Shown: positions 37,707 to 47,618 of the stretch, piece by piece
How positions within the stretch are numbered: the first letter of the stretch is position 1
How the letters are laid out: each line of letters starts with the position of its first letter
NCBI GenBank assembly: GCA_049650505.1
Contig: JBASAH010000485.1
Location: 1-55,656, forward strand
Origin: Xanthobacteraceae bacterium
Lineage (GTDB): Bacteria > Pseudomonadota > Alphaproteobacteria > Rhizobiales > Xanthobacteraceae
Direction: 5' to 3'
Length of the DNA: 55,656 nucleotides
Program-made: the position numbers and the translations under genes
The notes under the pieces: generated by a model
Told to the model about the DNA's origin: nothing
The model's database searches: none
The model's input: only the letters and a program-made list of their open reading frames with translations

Positions 37707-37741
37707 GAAGAGGCCGCCGATTTGGCGACCTCTTTTGTTTT
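37707..37741 (+). terminator. Rho-independent terminator after the 53-aa ORF
   Basis: gaagaggccgcc-gattt-ggcgacctctt followed by ttgtttt. There is one mismatch in the stem, and the T-tract is on the plus strand only. Confidence 0.65.
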
Positions 37742-37806
37742 GAAATGTTTTGAAACTAGCTATCGCCGCTGGCACGAGGCATCCCGGCAGAAAGTTGACG
37801 ACTGTC

Positions 37807-38796
37807 TTATTCCGCCCTGATGCCAGCCGCTTTGATAATCGGCCACCATTTTTCGATCTCAACTTTCTGCTGTGCGGCAAGCGCCTCCGGACTCTGTTTG
37901 TCGCGCGGCCAGGGCTCTTGTCCCAAGTCGATAAACCGCTGGCGAACTGTCGGATCGGCCAAGGTCTCCACTACGGCGGCATCAAGTTTGGCGACAATGT
38001 TTTTTGGCGTTCCCTTGGGAGCCCAAAGGCCATGCCAGAACGAAGCGTAAAGGCCCGGCACGCCGCTCTCGTCGCTCGTCGGCGTATCGGGGACCGCCGC
38101 CCATCGAGACTTGGCCATCACCGCATAGGCTTTGACTTGGCCGGCGCGAAATTGTGGCAGCGCGCTCGCCACCTGCGTGAATGTCATGTCAATATGCCCG
38201 GCGAGCAAGTCCTGCATGATCGGCGCCGCACCGCGATAAGGCACAAACTGGAATCGTGTGCCGGTATTTTTCTGAAAATAGGTCCCAACAACATCGGCAC
38301 CACCGCCGGCGCCACCAATGCCAACAGTTGCCTTGCCAGGATTCTCCTTTAGCCAAGCGATAAGTTCCGACAGGTTTTGCGGCGGCAATGCCGATTTGCC
38401 GACCAACCACACCGGACAATCCGCAATCAGTGATATTGGCTCAAAATCGTTGACCACATCGAACGGCAGCGAATAGGTGGCGCCGTTAACGACGTGCGTC
38501 TGCCAATGGCCGAGAATGAGGGTGTAACCATCCGGTAATGAGCGCGCGACGTGAGTGCTGCCGATCGTACCCGCTGCCCCGGTCAGGTTTTCAATAATGA
38601 CAGACTGGCCGAGCGCACTCCTCATGCGATCGGCAAGAACGCGACCAAGCGTATCGGTCGGCCCTCCAGCCGGAAAAGGCACCACGATCGTGATCGGCCG
38701 CGCCGGAAAAATTTGCGCCGACGCTATGCGCGATGACACCGAAACCGCGGCCGCAGCGGCAGCCAACTGCAGAAGTGTTCGCCGTCGTAATTTCAT
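37807..38796 (-). CDS. Bug-family (TctC-like) tripartite tricarboxylate transporter substrate-binding protein
   Basis: The signal peptide reads MKLRRRTLLQLAAAAAAVSVSSRIASAQ. The mature part reads ...RPITIVVPFPAGGPTD...VPYRGAAP, the canonical Bug pattern. It is an orphan with no TctAB genes nearby. Confidence 0.9.
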   Translation of the reverse strand: MKLRRRTLLQLAAAAAAVSVSSRIASAQIFPARPITIVVPFPAGGPTDTLGRVLADRMRSALGQSVIIENLTGAAGTIGSTHVARSLPDGYTLILGHWQTHVVNGATYSLPFDVVNDFEPISLIADCPVWLVGKSALPPQNLSELIAWLKENPGKATVGIGGAGGGADVVGTYFQKNTGTRFQFVPYRGAAPIMQDLLAGHIDMTFTQVASALPQFRAGQVKAYAVMAKSRWAAVPDTPTSDESGVPGLYASFWHGLWAPKGTPKNIVAKLDAAVVETLADPTVRQRFIDLGQEPWPRDKQSPEALAAQQKVEIEKWWPIIKAAGIRAE

Positions 38797-39093
38797 ATGA
38801 TCGCCTCACGACCTTGGCCACAGTCCGCCACCACAAAAACTGTGGCGGAACCAGAATTCGATTATCGCGATCGATCGCCCGCCGCAGGCACGCTCGCTGC
38901 CGTTAATCGCCCCGGAACGTCGGCCTGTTCCGTTGGCAGCTCTGAAGAAAACGATACACCAACGTCCCGCCGGCGGGTAGCGCGGTAAACATTGGGGAAC
39001 ATGCCGCCCGTCATTGCGTTGCCGAGACAACCGCCGCAGTCTGGGCCCCGCATTGGCGGACCGTTGCCGTCCGTCCCGTTACATTTGAAGCCA

Positions 39094-39642
39094 ATGGCTA
39101 AAACATCAGCAGCAGCTCGCAAGCGCGGCGAGAAATTTTCGGCGCCGGCCAAGATGACGATCACGCTCCTTGTCAACGGCGTGGCGAACAAGCTGACCCT
39201 GGCCCCGTGGACTACGCTGCTTGACGCGCTGCGCATCCGTCTCGGTCTGACGGGTACCAAAAAGGGCTGCGACCACGGCCAATGCGGCGCCTGCACCGTT
39301 CTGGTCGATGGCCGGCGGATCAATTCATGCCTGACGCTCGCCGTTATGAAGGACGGTGCGCAAATCACGACCATCGAAGGATTGGCGAAAAACGGCGCGC
39401 TGCATCCAATACAGCGAGCCTTCATCGACTATGATGCCTTCCAGTGCGGCTACTGCACGCCCGGCCAGATTTGTTCCGCCGTCGGCTTAATTGCCGAAGG
39501 GAGGGCGCACACGGCCGATGAAATTCGCGAGCTTATGAGCGGCAACATCTGCCGCTGCGGCGCCTATCCCAATATTCTAGCCGCGATCGAACAGGTCCTT
39601 TCCCAGAAATCGGCGTCGCCGCCGCGAGACGGAGGATCATGA
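39094..39642 (+). CDS. Xanthine dehydrogenase-family [2Fe-2S] small subunit, no Tat signal
   Basis: Carries GTKKGCDHGQCGACTV, FQCGYCTPGQ and NICRCGAY motifs. The ATG at 39094 is chosen, with MTITLLVNG as a possible alternative start. There is no RR motif. Confidence 0.85.
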   Translation: MAKTSAAARKRGEKFSAPAKMTITLLVNGVANKLTLAPWTTLLDALRIRLGLTGTKKGCDHGQCGACTVLVDGRRINSCLTLAVMKDGAQITTIEGLAKNGALHPIQRAFIDYDAFQCGYCTPGQICSAVGLIAEGRAHTADEIRELMSGNICRCGAYPNILAAIEQVLSQKSASPPRDGGS

Positions 39643-40655
39643 ACAATTTTGAGTTCAGTCGAGCGAGCGACGTCGCCGACGCTGTGCGCCAGATGGCCGC
39701 CGATCCCGCCGCGAGATTCGTCGCCGGCGGCACCAATCTGATCGATCTAATCAAGGAAGGCGTGGCGACGCCATCGCGGCTGATCGACATCACTCGATTG
39801 CCTCTCGGCCGCGTCGATGAAACGGGCGATGGTGGACTTCGCGTCGGCGCTCTCGTTCCAAACAGCGATCTGGCGTATCACCCACAGATTGAGAAGCGCT
39901 ATCCATTGCTGCGCAGCGCGATCCTCGCTGGAGCGTCGCCGCAATTGCGCAACATGGCGACAACCGGTGGAAATCTTCTGCAGCGCACACGCTGTTTCTA
40001 TTTTTATGACACAACGACGCCTTGCAATAAGCGCGAGCCTGGAAGCGGCTGTTCGGCCATCGACGGGCTCAATCGCATGCATGCAATCCTTGGCGCCAGC
40101 GAGCACTGTATCGCGACCCACCCATCGGACATGTGCGTAGCGCTGGCGGCGCTAGACGCGCGAGTGCTGGCAACCGGCCGCGATGGCGAGCGCGGCATCG
40201 CGTTCGCCGACTTCCATCGCCTGCCGGGCGACACACCGCAGCTCGATACAAATCTGAAAAAGGACGAAATCATAACCGCGATCGAACTGCCGCCAAAAGG
40301 CTTCGCCGCAAACTACAGCTATCTGAAAATCCGCGATCGCCTGTCCTATGCGTTTGCCTTGGTGGCGGTCGCGGCAGCTCTGGAAATCGAGAATGGCGCG
40401 ATTAAAGAGGCGCGCCTCGCACTCGGTGGCGTGGCACATAGACCATGGCGCGACCGCCAAGCCGAGTCGCAACTGCGCGGAGCGCCGGCGATCCGCGAGA
40501 GCTTTGTGCGGGCGGCGGATAACGTGCTGCGTGACGCGCGCGGCTTCGGACACAATGACTTTAAAATCGAGCTGGCACGGCGCGCCATCGTGCGCACCTT
40601 AACGCAGGCGGCGAACGGAACGCCGCAGTCGCAAAGCGACAAACGTATCACGTAA
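39639..40655 (+). CDS. Xanthine dehydrogenase-family FAD-binding subunit
   Basis: ATGA start/stop overlap at 39639. Reads FVAGGTNLIDLIK...NMATTGGNLLQRTRC. Confidence 0.88.
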   Translation: MNNFEFSRASDVADAVRQMAADPAARFVAGGTNLIDLIKEGVATPSRLIDITRLPLGRVDETGDGGLRVGALVPNSDLAYHPQIEKRYPLLRSAILAGASPQLRNMATTGGNLLQRTRCFYFYDTTTPCNKREPGSGCSAIDGLNRMHAILGASEHCIATHPSDMCVALAALDARVLATGRDGERGIAFADFHRLPGDTPQLDTNLKKDEIITAIELPPKGFAANYSYLKIRDRLSYAFALVAVAAALEIENGAIKEARLALGGVAHRPWRDRQAESQLRGAPAIRESFVRAADNVLRDARGFGHNDFKIELARRAIVRTLTQAANGTPQSQSDKRIT

Positions 40656-40666
40656 GCGAAACGAAT

Positions 40667-42892
40667 ATGGCCGACATGACCACTAGTTATCTCGGCAAGC
40701 CGATCTCGCGGGTCGACGGCCGCGCCAAGGTCACCGGTGCTGCGAAATACGCGGCCGAACACAACGTGTCCGGCCTAGCTTATGGTTTCGTCGTGTCGTC
40801 GGCGATCGCCAAAGGCCGCATCTTGCGTATCCACACCGCAGACGCATTGTCGGTCCCCGGCGTACTCGACGTGTTCACGCACGACCATCGGCCGAAACTG
40901 GCAGCCTCAGACAAGAAATACGGCGATGAAGTCGCCCCACCCGGCTCGCCGTTCCGGCCGCTGTATGACGATCGGATTCGATTTAGCGGTCAACCGGTGG
41001 CTTTGGTTGTTGCCGATGATCTGGAAACCGCGCGCTTTGCGGCGTCGCTTATCCGCGTCGACTATGAGCAACAACAACACATCACCGATTTCGAAGCACA
41101 TCACGGGCGCGCGCGTGTCGTCAACGAAAACGACGAAAGCCACTCGCATAAACGGGGCAACGCCGCCAAAGCCTTCAGCCAAGCGCCAGTTCGCGTTGAG
41201 GTCGAGTACCGGATGCCGGTCGAGCACCACAATCCGATGGAAATGTTCGGTGCAACCGCAGTGTGGGAAGATGATGACCGCATCACGATCTACGACAAGA
41301 CCCAAGGTCCGCAGAATTGTCGAAACTACGTCGCTAACGTGTTTGGAATGGCCCAGGACGCGGTTCGCGTTTTGTCACCCTATGTCGGCGGCGGATTTGG
41401 ATCCGGTTTGCGTCCGCAATACGAATTGCCACTCGCGGTGCTGGCGGCGCGGGCGCTGCGGCGCTCGGTGCAGGTGGCTTTGACGCGGCAGCAGATGTTC
41501 ACAATCGGGTATCGGGCCGCGAACATTCAATCGCTGGCGCTCGCCGCCGACCGCGATGGCAAGCTTGCGAGCTTCCGTCACCAGTGGGTCGGCATCACGT
41601 CGCAGTTCGAAAATTTCCAGCGCAATTACGTGACTTGGTCGAGCCTGCTCTACAAATGTGACAACGTCGAACTCGTGCAAAAGCTGGTCAAGCTCGATCA
41701 GAACACGCCGTGCGACATGCGCGCGCCAGGCGGAACGGAAGGCCTGTTCGCCATCGAATGCGCGATGGATGAGCTTGCCTATGCTGCGGGAGTAGATCCG
41801 CTGACGCTGCGGCTCTCCAATTATTCCGACAAGGATCAGGTCGAGGGCAAGCCTTACAGCAGCAAGGAGCTGCGCGAGTGCTATCGCGAGGGCGCTGAGA
41901 AATTCGGTTGGTCCAAACGCAATCCGCAGCCGCGCTCGATGAAGGATGGCAACGAGCTGGTTGGCTGGGGCATGGCGACCGGCATCTGGGAAGCGATGCA
42001 GATGAAGGCAAGCGCCAAAGCGGTGTTGACCGCTAACGGCAGCGTCGAAATCAGTAGCGCGACCGCCGATATCGGGCCCGGGACCTACACCATGATGACC
42101 CAGCTTGCCGCCGACATGCTCGGTGTGCCCATCGAGCACGTAACGGCAAAGCTGGGGGATTCTGCGCTGCCGGATGCGCCGGTTGAAGGCGGATCCTTTA
42201 CAACATCATCGGTCGGCTGTGCCATTCAGGCTGCATGCCGCGAGGTGCAGAAGGAACTCCTTCGACTCGCGCAAAGAATCCCGCGCTCGCCGCTCGCCGG
42301 CGCGAAATTCGAAGATGTGACATTTGCGGAGGACGGCATTCGACATAAAAGTAAAAATGTCGAGGTATCCCTCGCCGACGCCATGCGCGCCGGCAATATC
42401 GACCGCATTGAAAAGGAGGCAAGCGCCGAGCCGAACGAGCACAGCAAATATTCCCACTACACGCATTCCGCGGTTTTCGCCGAGATCAGGGTCGACGAGC
42501 AGATCGGGGTCATCCGTGTAACGCGCATCGTGAACGCCGTGGCCGCTGGCCGCATTCTTAATCCCAAGCTTGCCGCGAGCCAGATTCTCGGCGCCGTGGT
42601 CGGCGGCATCGGCATGGCGCTGCACGAAGAGACGTTAGCTGACAACCGGTTCGGCCGCTTTATGACTCATAACCTCGCTGACTATCATGTACCAGTGAAT
42701 GCCGACGTGCACGCGATCGATGTGATCTTCGTCAACGAGAAAGACGACGAGATCAACCCACTCGGCGTCAAGGGCGTTGGTGAAATTGGCATCGCGGGAA
42801 CCGCCGCAGCGATCGCCAATGCGGTCTATCACGCCACCGGCAAGCGCGTTCGCGATCTACCGATTACGATCGATAAGCTGCTGCGCCATTGA
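40667..42892 (+). CDS. Xanthine dehydrogenase-family molybdopterin-binding large subunit
   Basis: The 741-aa product carries RVDGRAKVTGAAKY, GGGFGSG and GVKGVGE motifs. It is a paralogue of 13276..15558. Confidence 0.9.
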   Translation: MADMTTSYLGKPISRVDGRAKVTGAAKYAAEHNVSGLAYGFVVSSAIAKGRILRIHTADALSVPGVLDVFTHDHRPKLAASDKKYGDEVAPPGSPFRPLYDDRIRFSGQPVALVVADDLETARFAASLIRVDYEQQQHITDFEAHHGRARVVNENDESHSHKRGNAAKAFSQAPVRVEVEYRMPVEHHNPMEMFGATAVWEDDDRITIYDKTQGPQNCRNYVANVFGMAQDAVRVLSPYVGGGFGSGLRPQYELPLAVLAARALRRSVQVALTRQQMFTIGYRAANIQSLALAADRDGKLASFRHQWVGITSQFENFQRNYVTWSSLLYKCDNVELVQKLVKLDQNTPCDMRAPGGTEGLFAIECAMDELAYAAGVDPLTLRLSNYSDKDQVEGKPYSSKELRECYREGAEKFGWSKRNPQPRSMKDGNELVGWGMATGIWEAMQMKASAKAVLTANGSVEISSATADIGPGTYTMMTQLAADMLGVPIEHVTAKLGDSALPDAPVEGGSFTTSSVGCAIQAACREVQKELLRLAQRIPRSPLAGAKFEDVTFAEDGIRHKSKNVEVSLADAMRAGNIDRIEKEASAEPNEHSKYSHYTHSAVFAEIRVDEQIGVIRVTRIVNAVAAGRILNPKLAASQILGAVVGGIGMALHEETLADNRFGRFMTHNLADYHVPVNADVHAIDVIFVNEKDDEINPLGVKGVGEIGIAGTAAAIANAVYHATGKRVRDLPITIDKLLRH

Positions 42893-43086
42893 TCCGTCGG
42901 TCCCGTCGCCCGGGCGACGCTGTTTAACCGAATTACTTATCGCCAAGAAATTGCGTGTGCGATCGAAACTTTCCGTCGATCGCGGTCGATCGGGCATTCA
43001 CGAAATGGATCACGAAATAAACGTGTCGGTCGCCCCACTGTCGCGCGATAATAACGGTGGCTCAGGCCTGCGGATGAGGAGCGATC

Positions 43087-44361
43087 ATGCCGAACGAGAG
43101 AGGCGCCGTCTGGTTGGCCGCCGGGCTACGGACGCCGTTTGTCAATGTGGACGGCCCCTTCACTCACCGCGATTCTTTGAACTTGTCGGTGCCCGTCGTA
43201 CTGGCAATGGCGAACCAAGCAAACGGGCCGATCGATTTTGCGGTGTGGGGCTCGGTGGTGGTCAATCTCGCCTATGCCAATTTGGCACGGGAAGTGTGGC
43301 TTGAAAGCAAACTGGACCCGCACGTGCCGACTTACACGACCATCATGCAATGCAGCACGAGCATGGTGGGCGTATTTGAGGCCGCGGGAATACTCGACGA
43401 AAAGAAAGCGTCGCTGGCGATGGTTGGCGGCGTAGAAAGTATGAGTCGCCTTCAGATCGGCCTGAGCCAAAATCTCTCGGTCTGGCTGCGGCGCCTCGTT
43501 CAGGCGCGCGGCCTGGTAAAGCGGTTAAGCCTTCTGCCGAAGCTACGGCTGTCGGATATCCGGCTCCACGTCCCCGAAGTGAAGAATCGTGTCACCGGCC
43601 GGAGCATGGGTGAACACACCGAAGACATGGCCAAGGATTGGAACATCGGTCGGCGCGAACAAGACGAGCTTGCTCTGGAAGGCCATCGACGCACCATCGC
43701 CGCGCAAGATCGCGGATTTTTTGCTGACTTAATCGTTCCGTTCGATGATACGAGCAAGGATCACTTTCCACGACGCGACACCTCGCTGGAGAAACTCGCC
43801 AAATTACAGCCTGTCTTCGACCGCACCAGTGGACGCGGCACGCTGACGGCGGGCAACAGCTCGCCCCTGACCGACGGAGCCGCCGCCATTTGGGTCGCAA
43901 ACGATGAAGGCATGGACCGGTTGCCAAACAATTTGCCACGCGTGCGTCTGGTCGATTTCGAGATGGCCGCTGTCGATATCTTTACTGAAGGATTGCTCAT
44001 GGCGCCCGTATCGGCCATCCCGCGTTTGCTGGCGCGACACGGATTGAAATTCAATGACATCGCACTCTGGGAGATTCACGAGGCCTTTTCGGCTCAGGTC
44101 TTGTGTCATCTCAAGGCGCTGCAAGACAGCGACTTCGTCCGAGCCAAGGCCGGCGTTGAGCACAATTTTGGAACATTTCCGCGCGAGCGGATGAACCCCA
44201 ACGGCGGCAGCGTTGCCCTTGGACATCCTTTCGCCGCCACAGGCGCACGTATCCTAAGCCAAGCAGTCAAAGAACTTGCCGAGTTGCCGAAAGGCAGTCG
44301 GGCGATCGTGAGTATTTGCTCGGACGGCGGTCTCGGTACCGTCGCGCTCTTGGAGCATTGA
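43087..44361 (+). CDS. Thiolase (acetyl-CoA C-acyltransferase, FadI-like)
   Basis: The nucleophile Cys context is IMQCSTSM. The C-terminus reads NPNGGSVALGHPFAATGARI and ICSDGGLG. A GAGGAG RBS precedes the start. Confidence 0.85.
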   Translation: MPNERGAVWLAAGLRTPFVNVDGPFTHRDSLNLSVPVVLAMANQANGPIDFAVWGSVVVNLAYANLAREVWLESKLDPHVPTYTTIMQCSTSMVGVFEAAGILDEKKASLAMVGGVESMSRLQIGLSQNLSVWLRRLVQARGLVKRLSLLPKLRLSDIRLHVPEVKNRVTGRSMGEHTEDMAKDWNIGRREQDELALEGHRRTIAAQDRGFFADLIVPFDDTSKDHFPRRDTSLEKLAKLQPVFDRTSGRGTLTAGNSSPLTDGAAAIWVANDEGMDRLPNNLPRVRLVDFEMAAVDIFTEGLLMAPVSAIPRLLARHGLKFNDIALWEIHEAFSAQVLCHLKALQDSDFVRAKAGVEHNFGTFPRERMNPNGGSVALGHPFAATGARILSQAVKELAELPKGSRAIVSICSDGGLGTVALLEH

Positions 44362-44437
44362 GCGCTGTTGGACTGGGTCGATTAAAGTCCGATATCCGTC
44401 ACAAGACACAGCTGCTGGCAACATTATTATGTGACCA

Positions 44438-46048
44438 ATGGCGAACACCATCCAAACTCTCCTCCTCCTGCTAGCGGTCATGGTCGCGGTGGCCGTGATC
44501 GCGCGACGAATTAATGTTGCTCCTACGATTCTTCTGGTTATTGCCGGTATTGGGCTTGCGCTGACGCCCGGACTTCCACGCATCGACCTCGCGCCGGAAT
44601 TGGTCTTGTTAGTCATCTTGCCGCCGCTGATTTATTCGGCTGGCGTCGCAATGAGCTGGCGCGAATTTCGCTTTAATCTCCGTCCAATCACATTGCTTGC
44701 ATTGGGATGCGTCGTCTTCACCACCTGCGCCGTGGCGATCACGAGCCATTGGCTGCTCGGGATGCCGCTCGCTGTCGCTTTTGTGCTCGGAGCCATTGTG
44801 GCTCCGCCTGATGCGGTGGCGCCCCTGGCCATGGTCCGCCAACTCGGGATTCCACGACGAATTATTGTGGTGCTTGACGGAGAAGGAGTCGCAAACGACG
44901 CAACTGCGCTGATCCTTTACCGCTTCGCCGTTGTCGCCGTGAGCACCGGCGCATTTTCCTTCTGGAAGGCCACTGGTACTTTTGCGCTGATCGTGGTGGG
45001 CGAAATCGCCTATGGAATTGCCGTCGGTTGGTTAAGTCTCCAGCTACGCCGCTGGGTTCGCGATCCCCGGGTTGAGATCACGCTTTCGTTGATGACGCCC
45101 TACGTCGCCTTTCTGTTGCCAGCTCACATCGGCGGTTCGGGCGTGCTGGCGACGATCGCAGCCGGCCTGTTCGTAAGCTGGAACGGTCCACTACTCATCC
45201 CGGCGGCGACGCGGCTACAGGGAATTTTCTTTTGGGATTTACTTGTTTATTTGCTCGAAGGTTTCGTCTTCTTGGTGACGGGCTTGCAGATTCGCACCCT
45301 CATGGAACGTACCGATCTGAGCTTTCTGCACCAGCCGATACTTACCGCCCTGCTCACGGTGCTGGTCGTAGTGGTCGCGCGATTTATTTGGGTCTATCCG
45401 GCGACATACTTGCCACGCTGGTTGAGCTCGGCGGTGTCGCGCCGGGATCCGCTGCCGCCCTGGCAATGGGTATTTTTTCTCGCCTTTGTCGGCGTCCGTG
45501 GGGTCGTCTCGCTTGCCGCAGCGCTAGCGATTCCGCTGACTACAGCCTCAGGCGCGCCATTTCCGGACCGCGACCTTATTCTCTACATCACCTTTGGTCT
45601 CATTGTCGTTACGCTGGTTGGTCAGGGACTGCTTCTGCCCCGAACCGTGCGCTGGTTAGGCTTGACGAGCCATGCCGCCGAGGAACGTGAGCGCGAGCAC
45701 AATGCCGAGCTTAGCGCGCGAACTGAAGCGCTAAAGCTGGCGCAAAGCCGGCTGGAAAAGCTCGCAGCCGAGAGCGAAATTTCTCCTGAAGCCTTGGCAA
45801 TCTTACGCGCGCGTCATGATTATCGTTTCGGTCGCTTGCCGAGACCGGTCGCGGAGGGCGTCGACCCCGCCTCAACCGCCGCCGACGTAAGATCGGATTT
45901 GATCGCGGCCGAACGCGACTACATTTACCGTCTACTACAAAACGGCCAAATCACCGACGAAGCGCGCCGGCGCATAGAACGCGAGCTCGATTTGGATGAG
46001 GCGTGGATTGCCAGCAAGAAAGAAGGCGGACTCGAACCGCCGTTGTAA
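44438..46048 (+). CDS. Na+/H+ antiporter (CPA1/NhaP-type) with a cytoplasmic C-terminal tail
   Basis: The 536-aa product has about 12 TM helices (LALTPGLP...PPLIYSAG...ATALILYRFAVV) followed by a charged helical tail. Confidence 0.85.
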   Translation: MANTIQTLLLLLAVMVAVAVIARRINVAPTILLVIAGIGLALTPGLPRIDLAPELVLLVILPPLIYSAGVAMSWREFRFNLRPITLLALGCVVFTTCAVAITSHWLLGMPLAVAFVLGAIVAPPDAVAPLAMVRQLGIPRRIIVVLDGEGVANDATALILYRFAVVAVSTGAFSFWKATGTFALIVVGEIAYGIAVGWLSLQLRRWVRDPRVEITLSLMTPYVAFLLPAHIGGSGVLATIAAGLFVSWNGPLLIPAATRLQGIFFWDLLVYLLEGFVFLVTGLQIRTLMERTDLSFLHQPILTALLTVLVVVVARFIWVYPATYLPRWLSSAVSRRDPLPPWQWVFFLAFVGVRGVVSLAAALAIPLTTASGAPFPDRDLILYITFGLIVVTLVGQGLLLPRTVRWLGLTSHAAEEREREHNAELSARTEALKLAQSRLEKLAAESEISPEALAILRARHDYRFGRLPRPVAEGVDPASTAADVRSDLIAAERDYIYRLLQNGQITDEARRRIERELDLDEAWIASKKEGGLEPPL

Positions 46049-46128
46049 ATGGTCGCACTATCACAATTCGCTTTGGTGAGAGACTGCTCTCCCGATAATG
46101 TTACCCTTAATAAATAGGAGGAGATGTC

Positions 46129-47160
46129 ATGGGCAAGGGTTTGCGCGCCAGCGGCAAAATGTTGGAGCGACTGATCAGGCGCACCGCATTTCAGGGGATT
46201 GCCGGCATTGCCTTGACGTTGGCATTCACAAGCAGCGACGTCCATGCGCGCGACGATTTCCCCACGCGCCCAATTCAGATGATCATTCCATTCTCCGCCG
46301 GCGGTCCAACCGATATTGTCGGACGAGTCATGGGAGCAAAAATGGGCGAACTGCTAGGCCAGCAGTTCGTCGTGGAAAATAAAACTGGCGCCGGCGGCAA
46401 TATCGGAGCGGAAGCGGTCGCCAAAGCAGCACCCGACGGCTACACAATCTTGATGGCGACAGTTTCCACCAACGCCATCAATCCTGGGCTCTACAAGCAC
46501 CTACCTTACGACGCGGTGCGCGATTTTGCGCCGCTGGGCCGGGTCGGCGTCACACCGACGCTGCTGCTTGTCCATCCTTCCATTCCGGCAACCGACGTAA
46601 AGGGCCTGATCGATCTCATCAAGGCCAATCCGGGTAAATACAACTACGGCTCATCGGGTCTTGGTTCAATTCTTCATCTCTGCGGAGAGGAATTCAAATC
46701 ACTGGCGGGAGGCCTCGACATCACCCACGTCCCTTATAAAGGTTCGGCGCCGATGGATACTGATCTGATGGGCGGACAGATCACCATGGCATTTGACGCC
46801 ACGCCGACGGCGCTGCCCTTGGCAAAATCCGGCAAGTTGCGCGCGCTCGGCGCCGGTATGGCCAAGCGCGTTGCCGCGATGCCGGATCTGCCAACTCTGC
46901 AGGAGCAGGGTCTTAAAGGATACGAATGCTATACCTGGAACGCGCTGCTAGCGCCCGCACGCACGCCGAAGCCAATTGCCGATAAGCTCAACGCCACCAT
47001 CAACAAGGCGCTGGCCGATCCCGCAGTCTCTTCCGCGTTGGAAAAGGCCGGTATCGATCCGACGCCGGGTAGCACGCCCGAGACGACGGCAGAATTCGTC
47101 AAGGCAGAGCTTGCCAAGTGGGCACCAATCATCAAGGCGTCGGGCGCACAGATCGATTGA
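46129..47160 (+). CDS. Bug-family (TctC-like) substrate-binding protein
   Basis: An AGGAGGAG RBS precedes the start. Reads ...RPIQMIIPFSAGGPTD...VPYKGSAP. It is an orphan. Confidence 0.9.
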   Translation: MGKGLRASGKMLERLIRRTAFQGIAGIALTLAFTSSDVHARDDFPTRPIQMIIPFSAGGPTDIVGRVMGAKMGELLGQQFVVENKTGAGGNIGAEAVAKAAPDGYTILMATVSTNAINPGLYKHLPYDAVRDFAPLGRVGVTPTLLLVHPSIPATDVKGLIDLIKANPGKYNYGSSGLGSILHLCGEEFKSLAGGLDITHVPYKGSAPMDTDLMGGQITMAFDATPTALPLAKSGKLRALGAGMAKRVAAMPDLPTLQEQGLKGYECYTWNALLAPARTPKPIADKLNATINKALADPAVSSALEKAGIDPTPGSTPETTAEFVKAELAKWAPIIKASGAQID

Positions 47161-47399
47161 ATGCCGCGGGATCGCGCACACCAGTCGATGTTCGGCCGCT
47201 GACATCCCCGCAAGCTGAATAATCGCGACGACCGGCCGCCCGCTGGCAGCCCACCGCATATCCTGCCGCGGCGCCTGCCCACTAGCAGGAATAAAAGAAT
47301 GCGTTGCCGAGCGCTCCTCAACTGCACTGTGCCTTGGGTCACAGCAGTTCTTGCGCGCCCCTACTAGAGTTCAACGGGTGAGAAAGATGGAGATGTGCC

Positions 47400-47582
47400 A
47401 TGACCATCTTCCCGCTCGGCGTTTCGCGGTTTTCAAAATTGATTACGCTCTGCTTTCTAAGCTTGAGGCGGCATTATGCCGGCGCCAAACTGGAGAGCTT
47501 GAGCGATAGAGGCCTGCAAGATATCGGCCTTGAACCGTACAGGCGGGATTTCGACGCCGTTAAGCCGTTCTGGATGCCCTGA
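47400..47582 (+). CDS. DUF1127-domain small protein
   Basis: The LESLSDRGLQDIGLEPYRRDF segment matches the DUF1127 signature (L..LSD..L.DIGL.R.D.). Confidence 0.7.
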   Translation: MTIFPLGVSRFSKLITLCFLSLRRHYAGAKLESLSDRGLQDIGLEPYRRDFDAVKPFWMP

Positions 47583-47618
47583 CTAAGCTTCGGCGTTATG
47601 CGTTAATATACCTGCCAG

